Below are positions 43,480 through 53,316 of a stretch of DNA of 64,000 nucleotides, one piece after another. The notes below the pieces were generated by a model that did no database searches, had not been told where the DNA came from, and saw only the letters and a list, made by a program, of their open reading frames with translations. The stretch is from a virus (taxonomy: Duplodnaviria > Caudoviricetes). Location of the stretch: positions 86,028 to 150,027 of IMG/VR virus record IMGVR_UViG_3300028887_000077; one strand, given 5' to 3'. A program made the position numbers and the translations under genes. How positions within the stretch are numbered: position 1 is the stretch's first letter; every line of letters begins with the position of its first letter.

Positions 43480-44223
43480 ATGGAAAATAATTCTGGAATA
43501 TATGGTATTATTAATTTAAAAAATAACAAGATTTATATTGGTTTGTCAACTCGTTTAAATGTGAGAAAGAAAAGTCACTTTAATGCATTAAAGAGAGGAA
43601 ACCATATAAACAAATATCTGCAAAGCGCGTTTAATAAATATGGGGAAGACGCGTTTTCTTTTATTGTTTTAGAATATTTAGAATCTGACAAAGAAAAATT
43701 AAAAGAAAGAGAAATTTATTGGATACACTATTATTTATCTAACAATCGTCTTTTTGGTTATAATATGACTTGTGGAGGAGATGGGGTTAGAGAACTAGAT
43801 GAAGATGCCAAAAACCGAATATCTATTGGAAGAACAAGACGCCGCGTTGTACAATTAGACAAAAATGGAAAATATATTGCCACATATCGGAACGCAAAAG
43901 AGGCTTCTGTTCATAATGGTATTCCGTTTGATAAAAATATATTTTTGTGTTGTCAGCATAGATATGGTTGTCAAACATGTTATGGATATATATGGATGTT
44001 TGAAGAAGATTATCTTAAAACGGGATGTGATGCGTCGAAATATGTACGCGGTTGTTTTAAGAAGCCTATAGAACAATATGATCTTAATGGTAATTTTATT
44101 GCGTCATACGAAAGTGCTCGAGACGCCGAAAGAAAAACCGGCATAGGATATAAAATGATTTCTCGTGTTTGTAATGGTGAAAGACCATATACGCATGGGT
44201 TTGTTTTTAAATTTTTAAACTAA
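43480..44223 (+). CDS. free-standing GIY-YIG homing endonuclease with two NUMOD1-like repeats
   Basis: SGIYGI.N..N.KIYIG.S..L..R...H...ERE.YWI...GYN.T.GG; two V/I.Q.D.NG.(Y/F)IA.Y.(N/S)A..A repeats; visibly AT-rich. Confidence 0.9.
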   Translation: MENNSGIYGIINLKNNKIYIGLSTRLNVRKKSHFNALKRGNHINKYLQSAFNKYGEDAFSFIVLEYLESDKEKLKEREIYWIHYYLSNNRLFGYNMTCGGDGVRELDEDAKNRISIGRTRRRVVQLDKNGKYIATYRNAKEASVHNGIPFDKNIFLCCQHRYGCQTCYGYIWMFEEDYLKTGCDASKYVRGCFKKPIEQYDLNGNFIASYESARDAERKTGIGYKMISRVCNGERPYTHGFVFKFLN

Positions 44224-44241
44224 AACAATAATGACGATCGT

Positions 44242-44274
44242 CCTGCGGTGTCCTACGGGCCCGCAGGCTTTTTT
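44242..44274 (+). terminator. intrinsic terminator
   Basis: CCTGCGG...CCGCAGG + T6. Confidence 0.75.
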
Positions 44275-44292
44275 ATATGAGATTAAAAAGGA

Positions 44293-45591
44293 GTGAAAAA
44301 GGTGGTTTATTCAAAGCGAATTAGCGACCGTAAGTATAAAAGCGGACCGGCAGAAATACCGGCGCTTCGCGCAGAGCCAATTACGCCTATGCATAACAAA
44401 TGTGCGAACTATAAGTGTAGGCTTTGTACGACTACTCGATCGCAGGAAGATTTTCCTAAAATTACTATGTTTGAACCAGATCTGTTTTTCACCGATTCTA
44501 CCGGAGAAAAAAGGGCTTGCATTTGTACGTATTGCTGCGGTGTATTCCTTAACCATTTAACAGAAAAGAATGGTGGAGATGTATATCTAGCCCTATACAG
44601 ACTGTGTTCTTTGATCGGTGTGTATTACGACGATAGTGTTGCCCATAAAGTCTATGAAGAAGAAGGATTTTATGAAGATGGGTCGCCTATCAGTCCTTAT
44701 ATACCGAAGTTTAACCTTTATTTAAGGTGTATGCAGGATAATTCTGCATATCATCAAACATTTACCAACGAAAAATGCGTACCGTTTGAAAAAATCGTGC
44801 GGGCGCAATATGATTCCGATACAGAAGACGACATGAACGAACAGGCCCGTCGCGATCGTAATGAAATTATCGAAAAATTCCATTATGACCCGTTTGACAA
44901 AGAGCCGTTTGCAGATCGTGGCCGCCTGTATTCGGATTTGCTTACTCTTTATGACGAAGCGATGGTGTCTGACCTTGTTCGTCAGCGTGCGGCTATAGAG
45001 ATTGTTAAAAGCTTTTATCGTATCGACTGTATGGGCCGGGCGATTCAAGAGCTTCAGAAGACAACCGGGTCTATGGTTGAAAACTCTAAAACCCTTAAGG
45101 AGCTTATAGATCAGAAGAAAAAGGAAACCGATATGGTTACCGCCTTCTCAAAGGACCACGGGTTTGCAGAGAGATATCAGATGGCACGCGCAAAGGGCGC
45201 CGGCACGCTTTCTAACATTGTTAGAGAGGGGTTAGACAGCAAGTTTGATAGATTGGCCGTCAATTTGTTTGATATTGATACGGCTAAGGCTATGCAGCAG
45301 GTCGCCGATATGAGCGCAGCTGCTATGTCAAATCAGATCCAACTTGGCATGGACGACTTTAGAGATATGGTAGAAAAACAGGCTGAAGAGCTTAGAAATC
45401 TTCGTCTGAAAGTCGACCAGTTACAAGAGGCTAACCGGATGCTTCGCGAGAAACAGGTTAAGCAAGAATTACTTAAAGAATATGTTGAGGAGCTTAAGGA
45501 AAAGGGCATTGATGATCCTACGATTATTAATGCTGCGTTGGAGAAGGCTTCTGTTAAGACATATTATTCAAGGGACGGTGAGCCCTCTTGA
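44293..45591 (+). CDS. probable terminase small subunit / packaging-associated protein
   Basis: N-terminal CxxC...CxxC, coiled-coil; overlaps the terL start; assignment mainly by position. Confidence 0.55.
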   Translation: MKKVVYSKRISDRKYKSGPAEIPALRAEPITPMHNKCANYKCRLCTTTRSQEDFPKITMFEPDLFFTDSTGEKRACICTYCCGVFLNHLTEKNGGDVYLALYRLCSLIGVYYDDSVAHKVYEEEGFYEDGSPISPYIPKFNLYLRCMQDNSAYHQTFTNEKCVPFEKIVRAQYDSDTEDDMNEQARRDRNEIIEKFHYDPFDKEPFADRGRLYSDLLTLYDEAMVSDLVRQRAAIEIVKSFYRIDCMGRAIQELQKTTGSMVENSKTLKELIDQKKKETDMVTAFSKDHGFAERYQMARAKGAGTLSNIVREGLDSKFDRLAVNLFDIDTAKAMQQVADMSAAAMSNQIQLGMDDFRDMVEKQAEELRNLRLKVDQLQEANRMLREKQVKQELLKEYVEELKEKGIDDPTIINAALEKASVKTYYSRDGEPS

Positions 45592-47483
45592 TTTCGATTT
45601 ATTATAAAGAATCGGATCTTGAGGTTAACGTTCGTAAATTAGAGCAGATTGAGCGCATGGGAAAAATAATCCAGTACGGTCGTGCAAACCCCGTCTGGTT
45701 TATTGAAAACATTCTGGGGTGCCCGTTGATGGATTTCCAGAAATATATGATTATGGGAGGCTGGACTTCGCAGAAGTCTGTGTATGTGCAGTCTCGTGCG
45801 AGCGGTAAGTCTTTTGTCGCCGCGCTTATCATTATGTCAAAGGTCATTTTATTCCCGGGCTATCGGGCGTATATATTGGCGCCTACACAGAGACAGTCGA
45901 GTCAGTTGTTCGAAAAAATTCAGGATATCGCTCTGAAAAATCTTCAGACCATTGTTGGTAACGATGTGTTTTTGGGAGAAACGGTAAAGACAAACGGTAA
46001 TGCAACCGGTTTTGTAACAGCATCGGGAGACCCTCATGTCGATCTGTATAACGGATCGTCTATTATAGCGCTTAACGGTAAGCCAAAGGGACTCGTTGCT
46101 ATTCGTGCGAACGGCCTGTTTTATGACGAGGCTGGGAAAATTTCTGAAGAAATGTTCGCGCTGACAGAACCGTTTATTACGGTTAGTTCTGACTTTAAGA
46201 CAAATATTGACATGTCTGTGTTTCCAAAGAATATTCCGAACCAGGCGTTTTATTTCTCTTCTGCTGAAGACACAACCACGCATCTCTGGACCCTTTATAA
46301 AGAAGGTGCAAAGAGGATGATGATGGGGTATGATGATTATTTTGTGTGTGATATCACGTGCGAAATGCCATTACACCCAACGATGAATGGTAAACCGTAT
46401 GCTCCGCTGCTTACACAGGCAGAAATCGACGCTGCTTTGCGGTCTAACGAGTATAAGGCCCGTCGAGAGTATTATAATATTTTCGACATTACCGGTGGTG
46501 AAGATGGTGTCGTATCTGCAGACTCTGTGTTCAGAAACGAACGGCAGTATTTACCGTTAACACAAAATCCGGATCCAAAATCAAAAAAGAAATATATCAT
46601 TGCGATTGACCCCGCGCATCAGGTTGATAACTCCTTCTGTTTGATCACAGAGGTGTGGAATGATTCTGAGCACGGAATTATGGGTAGACTCGTTAATGGT
46701 TACAATATGTTAAAAAGACTTCCTAATGGAGATAAGAAGCTCTATACAATGCCAGAAGCCGTCGATTTTATTCGAGATTTGATGGTGAGGTATAATGGCG
46801 ATGCTCCAGAGTGGGAGAACATTATTATGTTTGTTGACCCGGGTTCTGGAGGTGGTGGTCTGTTGATCGCGGACTACCTAAGACAGAGCTGGGTAGACAA
46901 ATATGGTAAAAAGCATTGTGGTGTTATCGACCTTAATGACGAACATAGCGCGCAGGAAAAATACAACTTTCCAGACGCTGTTGAGGGGGTTTTACATTTG
47001 TATTCTCCTCAAAAGTTTAAAAATGCTATGTTTGAGGCCATGCGTGAAATGGTGAGCCAAAACCTCATTCAGTTCCCGGCGCCGTGTCCAAGGGGCGATA
47101 CCGCTTACTTTGACGAAGGAGAGGTTGACGTCTCTCCGGACGACAGGCGTGCGTTAATAGAAATCGATCTGTTAAAGGAAGAGATTAAGCTAATTAGAAG
47201 GCTTGTGACTGATAAGGGCAATTTTAAGTATGGATTGCCCCCAACGCTAGATCATAAAATCCATGACGACAGGGCCTTCACCACGGCAGCTACCTGTTAT
47301 ATCATTTCCACAATGCGTAAGGATGATCAATTTGGCGGAATTGAGCGTCAATTTGATTTTATGAAAGTTTATGGCGCGTCACAACGCACACTAAACAGAA
47401 TAAACAAACAAAAGAATAGGAGCCCGTTTTCTGGAAAATCAAATCCATTTGGCGGGAAAAGGGGGATTAATGGGGGCTTTTGA
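45588..47483 (+). CDS. terL: terminase large subunit
   Basis: Walker A SRASGKS, Walker B FYDEAG, RNase H-like IAIDPA, D.GSGGGG, HDDRA. Confidence 0.9.
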   Translation: MISIYYKESDLEVNVRKLEQIERMGKIIQYGRANPVWFIENILGCPLMDFQKYMIMGGWTSQKSVYVQSRASGKSFVAALIIMSKVILFPGYRAYILAPTQRQSSQLFEKIQDIALKNLQTIVGNDVFLGETVKTNGNATGFVTASGDPHVDLYNGSSIIALNGKPKGLVAIRANGLFYDEAGKISEEMFALTEPFITVSSDFKTNIDMSVFPKNIPNQAFYFSSAEDTTTHLWTLYKEGAKRMMMGYDDYFVCDITCEMPLHPTMNGKPYAPLLTQAEIDAALRSNEYKARREYYNIFDITGGEDGVVSADSVFRNERQYLPLTQNPDPKSKKKYIIAIDPAHQVDNSFCLITEVWNDSEHGIMGRLVNGYNMLKRLPNGDKKLYTMPEAVDFIRDLMVRYNGDAPEWENIIMFVDPGSGGGGLLIADYLRQSWVDKYGKKHCGVIDLNDEHSAQEKYNFPDAVEGVLHLYSPQKFKNAMFEAMREMVSQNLIQFPAPCPRGDTAYFDEGEVDVSPDDRRALIEIDLLKEEIKLIRRLVTDKGNFKYGLPPTLDHKIHDDRAFTTAATCYIISTMRKDDQFGGIERQFDFMKVYGASQRTLNRINKQKNRSPFSGKSNPFGGKRGINGGF

Positions 47484-47865
47484 TCCTAAGTGTTATAAAT
47501 TACACTACGACACAAGCGCAATAAAACTATCGGAAGTAATGTCTTCGATAGAGTCGCTTGGGAGCATTGTGATTTATGAACGTTCTTTGTATATTTTTTT
47601 ACAAAATGGAAAAACCCAGTCTGACATCAGGAGGGCTCTTCCACAGAGCGTATCTGAAAACGTGTATTGTGAATTGGTCGCACCTGAATCGTGTGTAGAA
47701 CAGAAAAATTTTCTACAGATTTGGTTTAAAGAGCAATATGAGTCTGCTTTTTTGGAGTATGTAACAACAGAAAAACAGGATCAGCTTAAAAAGATTGTAA
47801 AAAATACACAAAAAGCAAATCAAAGAATCACAGAAAGAATAAATAATAGAGAGGAGGCTAAGTAA
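47470..47865 (+). CDS. hypothetical protein
   Basis: Coupled between terL and portal. Confidence 0.7.
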   Translation: MGAFDPKCYKLHYDTSAIKLSEVMSSIESLGSIVIYERSLYIFLQNGKTQSDIRRALPQSVSENVYCELVAPESCVEQKNFLQIWFKEQYESAFLEYVTTEKQDQLKKIVKNTQKANQRITERINNREEAK

Positions 47866-49850
47866 TGGCTACTACAGAAAAGAAAGATGCACCGAAGCGT
47901 AAACCCGGAAGGCCAAAAAAGATTGAAGTGTCGCCGGTCGTAAATGAGGCCGCCAATGGCGAGCCTACACAGATTGAAATGTCGAGCCCGGCAGTATCTC
48001 CTGCTAGTGCCATGCAAGGCCTCAGTTCTGTATGGAAGAGGATGCTTGGCAGTTCTAGTCAAAACGGATTGGTTTCTAACATATACAACCTGAATCAGTA
48101 TAATCCATTTTTACAGAACGACAGACTGAAGAGATTAAGTACGCTGCCCGCGACGATGTCTAGGGATAAGCTTATAAAGGCTCTTACCGAACCTCAAAAC
48201 AACGAAGAGGCGTTGCGTGCTGAGGCTTGGGCTATTTCGTCGTCTCAGTATATGTATTATAAGATTTTGCGTTTGGCATGCGATGTTCCCCTCTATAAAT
48301 GGTATGTGCTACCAGAGGCGTTTGGGGATAAATCCGACTACAAAAAGCCGGAATTCGTTAGCGACGATAAGTATGTCAACCAGTGGTTGCGCGTATTTGA
48401 CCTTCAAAATACCTTAAGACGCGTTGCCCTTGAGGTCAAACGCGAGGGTAAGGTTACTTATGTTTTGCGCAACAGTATTAGCGGAGAAGGTGATAAGCGC
48501 AAGGTTAATTATGCAATTTGGCAAAAGCTTCCGAGCAACTATGTGAAGCTTGTTAAGATAGGAGCGTACGGTTATATTGCCGCGTTTAATATGATGATCT
48601 TTTTAAACCCGGCGTTCTCGCCAGAGCAGTATCCTGATTTTATTCAGGATATTTGGCTGGATATGATTTCGCAGGGGGTTATTGTTAATAAACAAGATAA
48701 AACCTATGCGTTTGACGTAGATAAGGCCAGCGAGTTTTCTTATAGCTATAACGGAAATACGTTAACCGGTACAATCGAAACTATTACGGCAAAGCGGCTT
48801 GCAAAGATGGCTGGTTCGTCTTATATGTTTTGGGTGCAGCTCCCACAGGAACTGTGCTATACGTTCTGTAGCGACTCGTCAAATGCATGGGCAATTCCGG
48901 ATACGGCAGGCCTCTTGATGTCGCTCGACGAGCTTGCTGATTATGACGTCCTTCAGGGTCTTGTTGATAGTACCCCTCTGACCACTCTTTTAACGGCAGA
49001 GGCGGATTTAATCAAAGAACCGAGTCCTGGTCAAGACCAGACTGCTTTGAACCCAGAGACTATTTGTGGCCTTCAGAGTGATTTCAATGAAAAAACGTCT
49101 ACAAACCTTGAGGCGTTTTTTGCTCCTCTTAAAAACTTTAAGCTTTTGTCGTTGCCAGCCCAGCCAAATGGGTCGGATATTTCGGCTAATGCTACTAAGA
49201 ATGTTATCATTCGTGCTGGTCTTGGAGGACTTATGATCACAACCGACAAGCCCTCTGTGGCTCAGGTGAAGACAGCACAACTTCTTGCGGAAGCCGAGGC
49301 AGACTTTGTGACCCGTCAGTTTGAGTGTGTCTTAAATATGACGATTAACGAGCTGATTGGATGTAAATATCGGTGGGTTTTGAAGATTTGGGGAGGCAGA
49401 TTCTCTTTCTCAGACGAGGTTGCTCGCGATAAGGAACTTTTTGTTGCCGGCGCAGGTTTTGTTTTACCTAAACTCGCGTCTGCATACGATATGAGTTTGA
49501 GAGAGGTTAAATCTACACAAGAATATATTGATGTGCTTGGTATATATGACGGATTTAAGACCGTTACGCAGGTCCAGCAATTGAAAAATGCTATGCAACA
49601 AGCGCAGCAAACCGGTAAGGTTGGTCGCCCAAGTGTTTCTGACGACAAGGTTGATAATGACAATACCGCAGCGTCGAAGGATAGTGGGTTAGATACATCA
49701 GATACGAGAAGTTATGATGTGTTAGATGCGAGAGGTTATGTATCCAATTGCTTTGCAAAGGGAGAGTGCATAATTTGTCACAAACCGACAGACGACTTTA
49801 TTTGCGATGAATGTAAAGAAGAGTGTGGTGGAGGCGATGGCAATGCGTAA
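47865..49850 (+). CDS. portal protein (with C-terminal Cys-rich extension)
   Basis: Position after terL, size, LP..YVK.. and GKVGRP...D.DN tail typical of portals; CIIC...CDEC at the C-terminus. Confidence 0.75.
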   Translation: MATTEKKDAPKRKPGRPKKIEVSPVVNEAANGEPTQIEMSSPAVSPASAMQGLSSVWKRMLGSSSQNGLVSNIYNLNQYNPFLQNDRLKRLSTLPATMSRDKLIKALTEPQNNEEALRAEAWAISSSQYMYYKILRLACDVPLYKWYVLPEAFGDKSDYKKPEFVSDDKYVNQWLRVFDLQNTLRRVALEVKREGKVTYVLRNSISGEGDKRKVNYAIWQKLPSNYVKLVKIGAYGYIAAFNMMIFLNPAFSPEQYPDFIQDIWLDMISQGVIVNKQDKTYAFDVDKASEFSYSYNGNTLTGTIETITAKRLAKMAGSSYMFWVQLPQELCYTFCSDSSNAWAIPDTAGLLMSLDELADYDVLQGLVDSTPLTTLLTAEADLIKEPSPGQDQTALNPETICGLQSDFNEKTSTNLEAFFAPLKNFKLLSLPAQPNGSDISANATKNVIIRAGLGGLMITTDKPSVAQVKTAQLLAEAEADFVTRQFECVLNMTINELIGCKYRWVLKIWGGRFSFSDEVARDKELFVAGAGFVLPKLASAYDMSLREVKSTQEYIDVLGIYDGFKTVTQVQQLKNAMQQAQQTGKVGRPSVSDDKVDNDNTAASKDSGLDTSDTRSYDVLDARGYVSNCFAKGECIICHKPTDDFICDECKEECGGGDGNA

Positions 49851-50052
49851 GAAAAAGGAATGTTGCAATCACGACCCACAAGCGAAAGACACGTCTATTA
49901 TTATTCTTGATAAATTTACGACTATGGTCGCACCCGATAGAGACTACGGTGTTTGTCGGGTGTGCCGCAAGTCGTTTGAATTTATAAAACCTATCACGCA
50001 AAGAAAGGAGGAAAGCTTGTATGATTTTGATGTCGAACGAGACGATGGATAA
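49843..50052 (+). CDS. small Zn-binding protein
   Basis: GGAGG SD; CCNH...CRVC. Confidence 0.65.
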   Translation: MRKKKECCNHDPQAKDTSIIILDKFTTMVAPDRDYGVCRVCRKSFEFIKPITQRKEESLYDFDVERDDG

Positions 50053-50545
50053 ACTCAATAATGTTTTAACACATGCGTTTCTGTTAAACATGATTTGTGA
50101 CAATCTTGTCTATGAGATCGATTATGAAGTCTATCCTCAAACCGCTAGTCTTGTGCACGAATCTTATGCGCATTACTGGCCTGCTGTCGCCGACCAGATT
50201 AGTGACCTTATGATTCGTTTGAACGCACGTCCGCATCGTGGACCGATTTCTGACGATTATAAGGAGCATAATGGCGACTTGTCTGCTATTTTTGCAGATA
50301 TTGCTGCCGCGACAGAGAATTTCCGCAAGGATGTTATTGATTTAATTGACATTGCGGACATAAATGAAGATGCAGAGGTTCGTATTTTTGGAGAAGATTT
50401 GCTTGGGCAAATTACTCCATATCGGAAGCAGGCGGACATTTGGGCTGTTGAAGCCGAAAGGTATAAGGACAACTATCGTTCTTTTGACGCTCGAATTTGT
50501 AGTTTTACTACAATGATTCCTGTCTCTGGTGTCGACAAGAGTTGA
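50021..50545 (+). CDS. ferritin/Dps-like four-helix protein
   Basis: All-helical pattern; HESYAH....ADQI.D......RP.R resembles the ferritin-like fold. Confidence 0.5.
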   Translation: MILMSNETMDKLNNVLTHAFLLNMICDNLVYEIDYEVYPQTASLVHESYAHYWPAVADQISDLMIRLNARPHRGPISDDYKEHNGDLSAIFADIAAATENFRKDVIDLIDIADINEDAEVRIFGEDLLGQITPYRKQADIWAVEAERYKDNYRSFDARICSFTTMIPVSGVDKS

Positions 50546-50559
50546 AGGCGTAAAAATCT

Positions 50560-51330
50560 ATGGAAACTTTTCTTGAATTGATTAAGAACTATGGCGTTGT
50601 TGCTGTTATTATTGCACTTTTGTGTTATATTGTGAAAGACGCATATAGCAGCTGGAAGCAAAGGATTGAAAAAAGAGACAACGCCAAACTCGAGGCGGAC
50701 CGGAGAAAACAGGAGGACGACCGAGAGAGAGAAAGAACTGAGAGAGAAGATAAAAGGTATGAAAAAATATGTGACGCGATGAACGGGCTTAGCGGTCGGA
50801 TTGGTGGATCCGTTGCACACACTACAAAAGAACAGGCAGACGATGTTAAACTGTATGGTTTAGTTCAAACAGAATTGGACAGATTGGTTGATAACGGCGC
50901 ACAACATTCGTACTTCTTTTTGTTCCACAATGGAGGTAACAACATTTTGGGGCAGGGAATGTTAAAAATGACTGTTCAGGTTGAGAGTAGCGCAGACGGA
51001 AAATCTCGTTTATCCAGTTGGCAGGCTGTTCCGCGCTCAATGATGCAGCGCCTTTATGAAAAACTTGTTGAATACGGGGATTATTATATTGGAGATGTTG
51101 AAAAGATCGTTGATGATGATGTGAAAACATATGCGTTTCTTAAAGAATCACACTCCAAGTCGGCTTTTTTCAAGGCTGTAAAGAGAAGCGATGGTCTTGT
51201 CATCGGGTTTGTCGGTGCTGAATACAAGGACACTAAAGAGGTTTTTGACAACGAAAAGAAAGAAATTAGCCATGTAGCGGATAGGGTCGCAGGCGCGTTT
51301 CTTATGAACGAAGAAAACAAAAGAGACTGA
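50560..51330 (+). CDS. membrane protein with C-terminal GAF-like domain (T4 T-holin-like architecture)
   Basis: N-terminal TM, charged coiled-coil, FHNGG...KMT...E...IGFVG.EY. Confidence 0.55.
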   Translation: METFLELIKNYGVVAVIIALLCYIVKDAYSSWKQRIEKRDNAKLEADRRKQEDDRERERTEREDKRYEKICDAMNGLSGRIGGSVAHTTKEQADDVKLYGLVQTELDRLVDNGAQHSYFFLFHNGGNNILGQGMLKMTVQVESSADGKSRLSSWQAVPRSMMQRLYEKLVEYGDYYIGDVEKIVDDDVKTYAFLKESHSKSAFFKAVKRSDGLVIGFVGAEYKDTKEVFDNEKKEISHVADRVAGAFLMNEENKRD

Positions 51331-51342
51331 GGAGGCAGATAA

Positions 51343-53133
51343 ATGGATAATAATAATGTCTTGAAGTTTGATCTGACTCCCCGTCAGGTCAAATTTAAAA
51401 GCATCCTGAATAAGGAGTTTGTAGAGCTGGAAATTTACGCAATCAGTAATGCCGATCCAAATAGAAACGGCTCTCACTTTGTTGTCGACGGCATGAAAAA
51501 AGCCGTAGACGGGGGTGATTTCAAAAATAAGCCCATTGTAGGTTATTTTGAGCGTGGAGACTTCACAACCCACGAAGGTGTTGTTGGATACGACAAAGAG
51601 TTGGAAAAGGCGTACTGGGACACATCGAAAGGGGAGCGTATTCTCGGATGGATTCGCGAATCGGATTCTGTCGAACTTGTCGGAAGAGATGGTTTGATGT
51701 GGATCCGGTGCACATGTGCTCTGTGCGTCAAGTATTGTTATCAGCAGGTCAAACGTCTTTTAAAGGATAGAAAAAAGAAAGTTTCTGTCGAAATTACCGT
51801 TAATGAGCGTCTGCAACGCCCTGATGGAATTGAGGACATTATTGATTTTACCCTGAACGGAATTACCATTCTTGGTTCAAAGTATGGTAAACCCGTTGAG
51901 GAGGGGATCGAGGGTGCCCACCTCTCTATTTTGGAGCGGCTGTCTGGTGATGAGTTTAACGAACAAAAGAAAGTAGTATCGTTTGCTTATGATCATATGG
52001 ATGGAGGCGCCGAAAATAAAGTTGATGAAAAGGGGGTGAGTGCTATGGACGAGTATTCTATTAAAGTAAATAAGAGTAAGGACGCTGTCTCTGATAAATC
52101 GTGGGGCGATGTTGATAAGTCTGGTCTTCGTAAGAAGGTTATTGGAGCCAAGAACTTCGAAGAGATTGCTGGTGATATTTTTCTCGATCTTCGCGACGGA
52201 TGGAAAGACGGTATTGAAGGTGCCCTGAAATATCCCGTGATGTGTCTAGAAGACGACACTGCGGTTTATAATAGGGGGGCTCTTGCTTCTGCTCTTGCTT
52301 ATGCTAAAAAGAACAATGAAGACGAAGTTGTGAATAAGGTTGAAGCCATCTATAAGCATCTCGACTTAGAGATCGACGAAGTTGAAAGCAAGGATCTTGA
52401 ATATTGTGACCTTTATTGTGACGAACCGGAGCCCAAAGATCCGGATAGCACCATTAACGAAGGTGCTTCTTGTGGCGACGGCGACCCGGTAAACGAAGGG
52501 CAGCCCGCTTCTAGTTTGGAAATGAACGGAGACCCCGCGCAGGCAGCAGAACCAACCGGTTGCGCTTGCGGCGACGGTGGCGATCCAGAGCCCAGTTCGG
52601 ATCCTGATGATAATCAGTGTAAAATGACCGAACTCGAGCAAAAGATTTGCGAACTCGAAGAAATGTGCAAGACATACGAGGCCACGATCGAAGAACAGAA
52701 GGCGAAGATTGCCGAAGTGGAGTCTGCTTATGCAGAGTTCCAGGCTACTGCCGATGCTTCTGCGCAGACTGCTGCTGAAACCATTAAGAAACTCAATGAA
52801 GACGTCGCTGCCTTCCAGAAGCGTGCAGAAGAAGCGGAAGCAACCGTGCACGGATTCGTCGTTGAAAGACTGAAATCTTTTGCCATTTCTATTATGGCAA
52901 ATGAAAAGATTTCCAAGGAAGAGTACGACTGTATTATCGCAGATTGTGATGGTAAATATACAACCGAAGAGGAAATTAAGCGCGATGTTGCTTATGCCGT
53001 CTTTAATTCGCGTCCTGCCAAACAAGGGCAGTTCGGTGTTCCGATTGTTACAGCTCCAAAGCTTGACGCAGGCGAGTCGAACAAGTCTTATATGACACGC
53101 GAAGAGCGTATTGCGGCGCGGTGTCACAAATAA
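51343..53133 (+). CDS. prohead protease/scaffold protein (YonD-like)
   Basis: NRNGSHF...NKPIVG...VSVEI...ITILG N-terminal domain; acidic linker; coiled-coil; precedes capsid genes. Confidence 0.7.
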   Translation: MDNNNVLKFDLTPRQVKFKSILNKEFVELEIYAISNADPNRNGSHFVVDGMKKAVDGGDFKNKPIVGYFERGDFTTHEGVVGYDKELEKAYWDTSKGERILGWIRESDSVELVGRDGLMWIRCTCALCVKYCYQQVKRLLKDRKKKVSVEITVNERLQRPDGIEDIIDFTLNGITILGSKYGKPVEEGIEGAHLSILERLSGDEFNEQKKVVSFAYDHMDGGAENKVDEKGVSAMDEYSIKVNKSKDAVSDKSWGDVDKSGLRKKVIGAKNFEEIAGDIFLDLRDGWKDGIEGALKYPVMCLEDDTAVYNRGALASALAYAKKNNEDEVVNKVEAIYKHLDLEIDEVESKDLEYCDLYCDEPEPKDPDSTINEGASCGDGDPVNEGQPASSLEMNGDPAQAAEPTGCACGDGGDPEPSSDPDDNQCKMTELEQKICELEEMCKTYEATIEEQKAKIAEVESAYAEFQATADASAQTAAETIKKLNEDVAAFQKRAEEAEATVHGFVVERLKSFAISIMANEKISKEEYDCIIADCDGKYTTEEEIKRDVAYAVFNSRPAKQGQFGVPIVTAPKLDAGESNKSYMTREERIAARCHK

Positions 53134-53243
53134 AAAATATGGGTCTCCATTAACCCTGGGTTGAACCCCTAAAGAGATGAACTTTAATGCAACGGTGTTC
53201 CACTACCGAAAATGTGGGTTTTAATGTAATGTCAAGTATAAAT

Positions 53244-53276
53244 AAAATCGCCATTTTATTTATGGTGGTTTTTTTA
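53244..53276 (+). terminator. intrinsic terminator
   Basis: AAAATCGCCAT-tttattt-ATGGTGGTTTT + T-run. Confidence 0.65.
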
Positions 53277-53316
53277 TATAACAAAAAACAAATTTTTATA
53301 AAGGAGAATTGAAACT

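Noticed and set aside
43370-44290. Group I intron surrounding the GIY-YIG gene
   Set aside because: Flanking genes are complete with their own stop and start, and no P7 (GACUA/UAGUC) core was found, so the gene is free-standing.
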